From Heterodontus francisci (taxonomy: Eukaryota): a stretch of DNA of 64,000 bases. The notes below the pieces were generated by a model, which searched no databases, had not been told where the DNA came from, and saw only the letters and a program-made list of their open reading frames with translations. The first letter of the stretch is position 1, and every line of letters begins with the position of its first letter. Below are positions 63,810-64,000 of this stretch, piece by piece. A program made the translations under genes and the position numbers. The stretch lies in the NCBI RefSeq assembly GCF_036365525.1, contig NC_090379.1:32851790-32915789 (forward strand), read 5' to 3'.

Positions 63810-64000
63810 CTGTCTCCGTCGCATGTAGGCCAGACCAGGTAAAGACAGAAGATTTCCTTCCCTAAAGGACATTAGTGAACCAGATGGCTTTTTACAACAA
63901 TCAACCATGGTCACCATTAGACTAGATTTTAATTCCAGATTTATTAATTAAATTCAAATTTCACTATCTGCCGTGGTGGGATTCAAACCCATGTCTCTAG
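63810..64000 (-). mobile_element. tRNA-SINE fragment (family of 44615)
   Basis: gtaggccagaccaggtaaagac...attcaaatttcac...ggtgggattcaaaccc (B box on the minus strand). Confidence 0.6.

Noticed and set aside
59131-64000. Next ITPK1 coding exon (short, KRG.EVVQ-like)
   Set aside because: Not found by eye; the intron apparently extends beyond the window

Overview
Vertebrate genomic DNA, almost certainly a cartilaginous fish (shark), judged from HE1/V-SINEs, Deu-domain SINEs, abundant CR1/L2 LINEs and Neptune-type Penelope elements. The window holds the conserved block UBR7(-) / GON7(+) / LYSET=TMEM251(-) / ITPK1(+). UBR7 coding exons 1-5, both GON7 exons, the LYSET coding exon with a probable non-coding exon 1, and the first ITPK1 coding exon can be delimited at GT-AG splice sites. 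UBR7 and GON7 share a 226-bp bidirectional promoter. The rest is mostly retroelements. The most notable signals are: (1) a near full-length Penelope-like element with a target-site duplication and a minimal hammerhead ribozyme in its 3' pseudo-LTR, whose 5' end maps about 10 nt downstream of the predicted self-cleavage site; (2) three short fold-back elements built from that pseudo-LTR with junctions at the hammerhead motif; (3) a 1.75-kb strand-asymmetric G-rich minisatellite immediately behind the LYSET exon-1 donor; (4) a predicted LYSET leader with a junction-created uORF and an overlapping uORF; (5) an orphan CpG-rich unique segment next to a ~200-bp local duplication. Repeat boundaries and family names were assigned by eye and are approximate unless a TSD is quoted.
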